Shown piece after piece: positions 62,570 through 64,000 of a stretch of DNA of 64,000 nt; positions within the stretch are counted from its first letter, which is position 1; each line of letters begins with the position of its first letter. The stretch lies in the NCBI GenBank assembly GCA_030867685.1, contig JAQOWU010000008.1, forward strand, positions 1,426,001 to 1,490,000, in the 5' to 3' direction. A program made the position numbers and the translations under genes. This DNA comes from Wickerhamiella versatilis (Eukaryota). The notes below the pieces were generated by a model. It was given only the letters and a program-made list of their open reading frames with translations, had not been told where the DNA came from and made no database searches.

Positions 62570-64000
62570 TTATTTGAGAGAAGTAATATCAGAGCCTGTG
62601 ATCACACCAGTAGTTCCTACCAAAACATTAAGTGGTCGCTTTTGGTTTCGAGAGATGATATTCTTAACGGCTGCTACCTCGTTCAGGGTGCACCCGCCAA
62701 CAAAGACAACCATAACGAGTGGATGCTCATACCCTGGTGTGTTACGCAACAATGTTCGACGCAATTTTGCTTCTTTTGGATCTTCGCCAAGCTGAGGTTC
62801 GTCGAAGTAGCCGTAAGAACTCAAATCTGCTTTAAATTGACCAAAAGCTGCCTGTGCAAGCCTTGCTAAGACGGGAATACCTTGCTCAAGCTTCAAATGC
62901 CTCTCTACACTTGAATATGAGAAGAGCAAAGTTCCAAGTAACTTATGCTTTTCCAATGATGTCAGGAGGGCCAAATTCCAGGGCCCATAGCATTTCAATA
63001 TTTCTTCGTAGAGCTGATGCAAAAGTTTCTCCTTTAGACCTCCCTTGACAGAGCACAAAAGACAAGAAAGTCGGAGGACAGTGCTAAGAGACGCTCCCCG
63101 GTACGCTATATCGCAAGTAGAAGCTATGGCTTGTGACGTACCCATCTGGGACAATTGAGATTGAAGGTCAAATGCCTGTCGTTCTTGCTCTAGTTGAGCC
63201 ATTGCCTCACTTGCTAATTGAGTGTGCACATCAACACGCCGTTGTGCGTTTTGAAGAGTGCCTAAGCGCGCTACGATAGCACGCATTTCATTGACGGAAC
63301 CACCATTCTCTGCCGAGTTCTCATTAATGTACTCTGCCTGGACTTGCTTTGCTGCGGTATGAATGCGTTCACAGGCTTCAGCAAATCCGACATCCCAAAG
63401 ATCTTTAAATAGAGAATCATCCTTGACAGTCGTACTCTTATTAACTACCCCGCCAGCAGATAAACCTAGGTACTCATCAATCACCCCGGCATAAGTTGTT
63501 TGCGTTTTTAGCAATTCAACCCAATCGCATGTGCGATCAAGCAGTACCACATGGTCAATAACAGCCCCGCTGTAAACATGACCAAAGCGCCTATCAAACT
63601 CATCATTCCAGGGTCTATTGTTTAACCCCTGAACAATGTCCTTTATATGCTTTGATGTTTTCCCGAATCCTGATATTCGACCGAAAGGCCCATATTTCTT
63701 CTGCAGGTTGTCTAGTGCTGTTGCAACAGACCAAGCGGTTTCGTCCTCCAAAGTGGGCAAGCCACCGTGGGGCAAGACAAGAGACACTAAATCTTCAATT
63801 GCCGTTTGGATGAACCCTACATTCCATTCCAAGACTCTAACGTCTCCAAAAAGCCCTTTATCCACCAGAATTTGCTCAGAATATAATGATTTGCCTGGAA
63901 CAAAAATCAATGCAAGCGTCCCATCAATAGATGCTGGTAATGCACACTTCACTATATTAGCCAGTGCAGATGGTGTGGGATACGAAAGAACTACAGTATT
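62570..64000 (-). CDS. VPS33: Sec1/Munc18-family protein Vps33 (5' end outside the window)
   Basis: Frame is open to the window edge; motifs VLLDRTCD...LKTQTTYAGVIDE, VLRLSCL, MVVFVGGCT..EVAA, VGTTGVITG. Confidence 0.88.
   Translation of the reverse strand, partial: NTVVLSYPTPSALANIVKCALPASIDGTLALIFVPGKSLYSEQILVDKGLFGDVRVLEWNVGFIQTAIEDLVSLVLPHGGLPTLEDETAWSVATALDNLQKKYGPFGRISGFGKTSKHIKDIVQGLNNRPWNDEFDRRFGHVYSGAVIDHVVLLDRTCDWVELLKTQTTYAGVIDEYLGLSAGGVVNKSTTVKDDSLFKDLWDVGFAEACERIHTAAKQVQAEYINENSAENGGSVNEMRAIVARLGTLQNAQRRVDVHTQLASEAMAQLEQERQAFDLQSQLSQMGTSQAIASTCDIAYRGASLSTVLRLSCLLCSVKGGLKEKLLHQLYEEILKCYGPWNLALLTSLEKHKLLGTLLFSYSSVERHLKLEQGIPVLARLAQAAFGQFKADLSSYGYFDEPQLGEDPKEAKLRRTLLRNTPGYEHPLVMVVFVGGCTLNEVAAVKNIISRNQKRPLNVLVGTTGVITGSDITSLK

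Overview
This is eukaryotic nuclear DNA from an extremely compact, intron-poor budding yeast (Saccharomycotina). Gene content (class II DAHP synthase, short branch-point-to-acceptor spacing, trimmed proteins, tiny spacers) suggests an early-diverging lineage such as Wickerhamiella/Starmerella or relatives; that placement is inference. About 35 protein genes tile the window. Most are recognisable housekeeping genes: TMS1, FOL1, TRS85, EMP70/TMN2, HIR3, IPA1, HOM6, IML1, class II DAHP synthase, CRD2-like metallothionein, GTB1, RMT2, ERG11, CDA, ALR1, SDS23, an SHMT paralog, tricalbin, NEO1, DCS1, SYG1, PSE1, PIS1, PDX3, CTF8, FBP26, INP1, TOM40, UBA3 and a partial VPS33. Five observations stand out. 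(1) An Shm2-derived PLP enzyme has systematically altered signature and folate-site motifs and lacks the eukaryotic flap, so it may be neofunctionalised. (2) An orphan multi-pass membrane gene sits alone in a ~4.2 kb gene-poor island. (3) Two same-strand gene pairs are in frame across a single stop codon (PIS1-PDX3, TMS1-FOL1), and the PDX3 spacer reads like an AUG-less mitochondrial presequence. (4) Splice signals could remove the whole SDS23-ALR1 intergenic region. (5) A 46-nt intron restores the SPX N-terminus of SYG1. I could not support any tRNA, rRNA, CRISPR array or intact mobile element.
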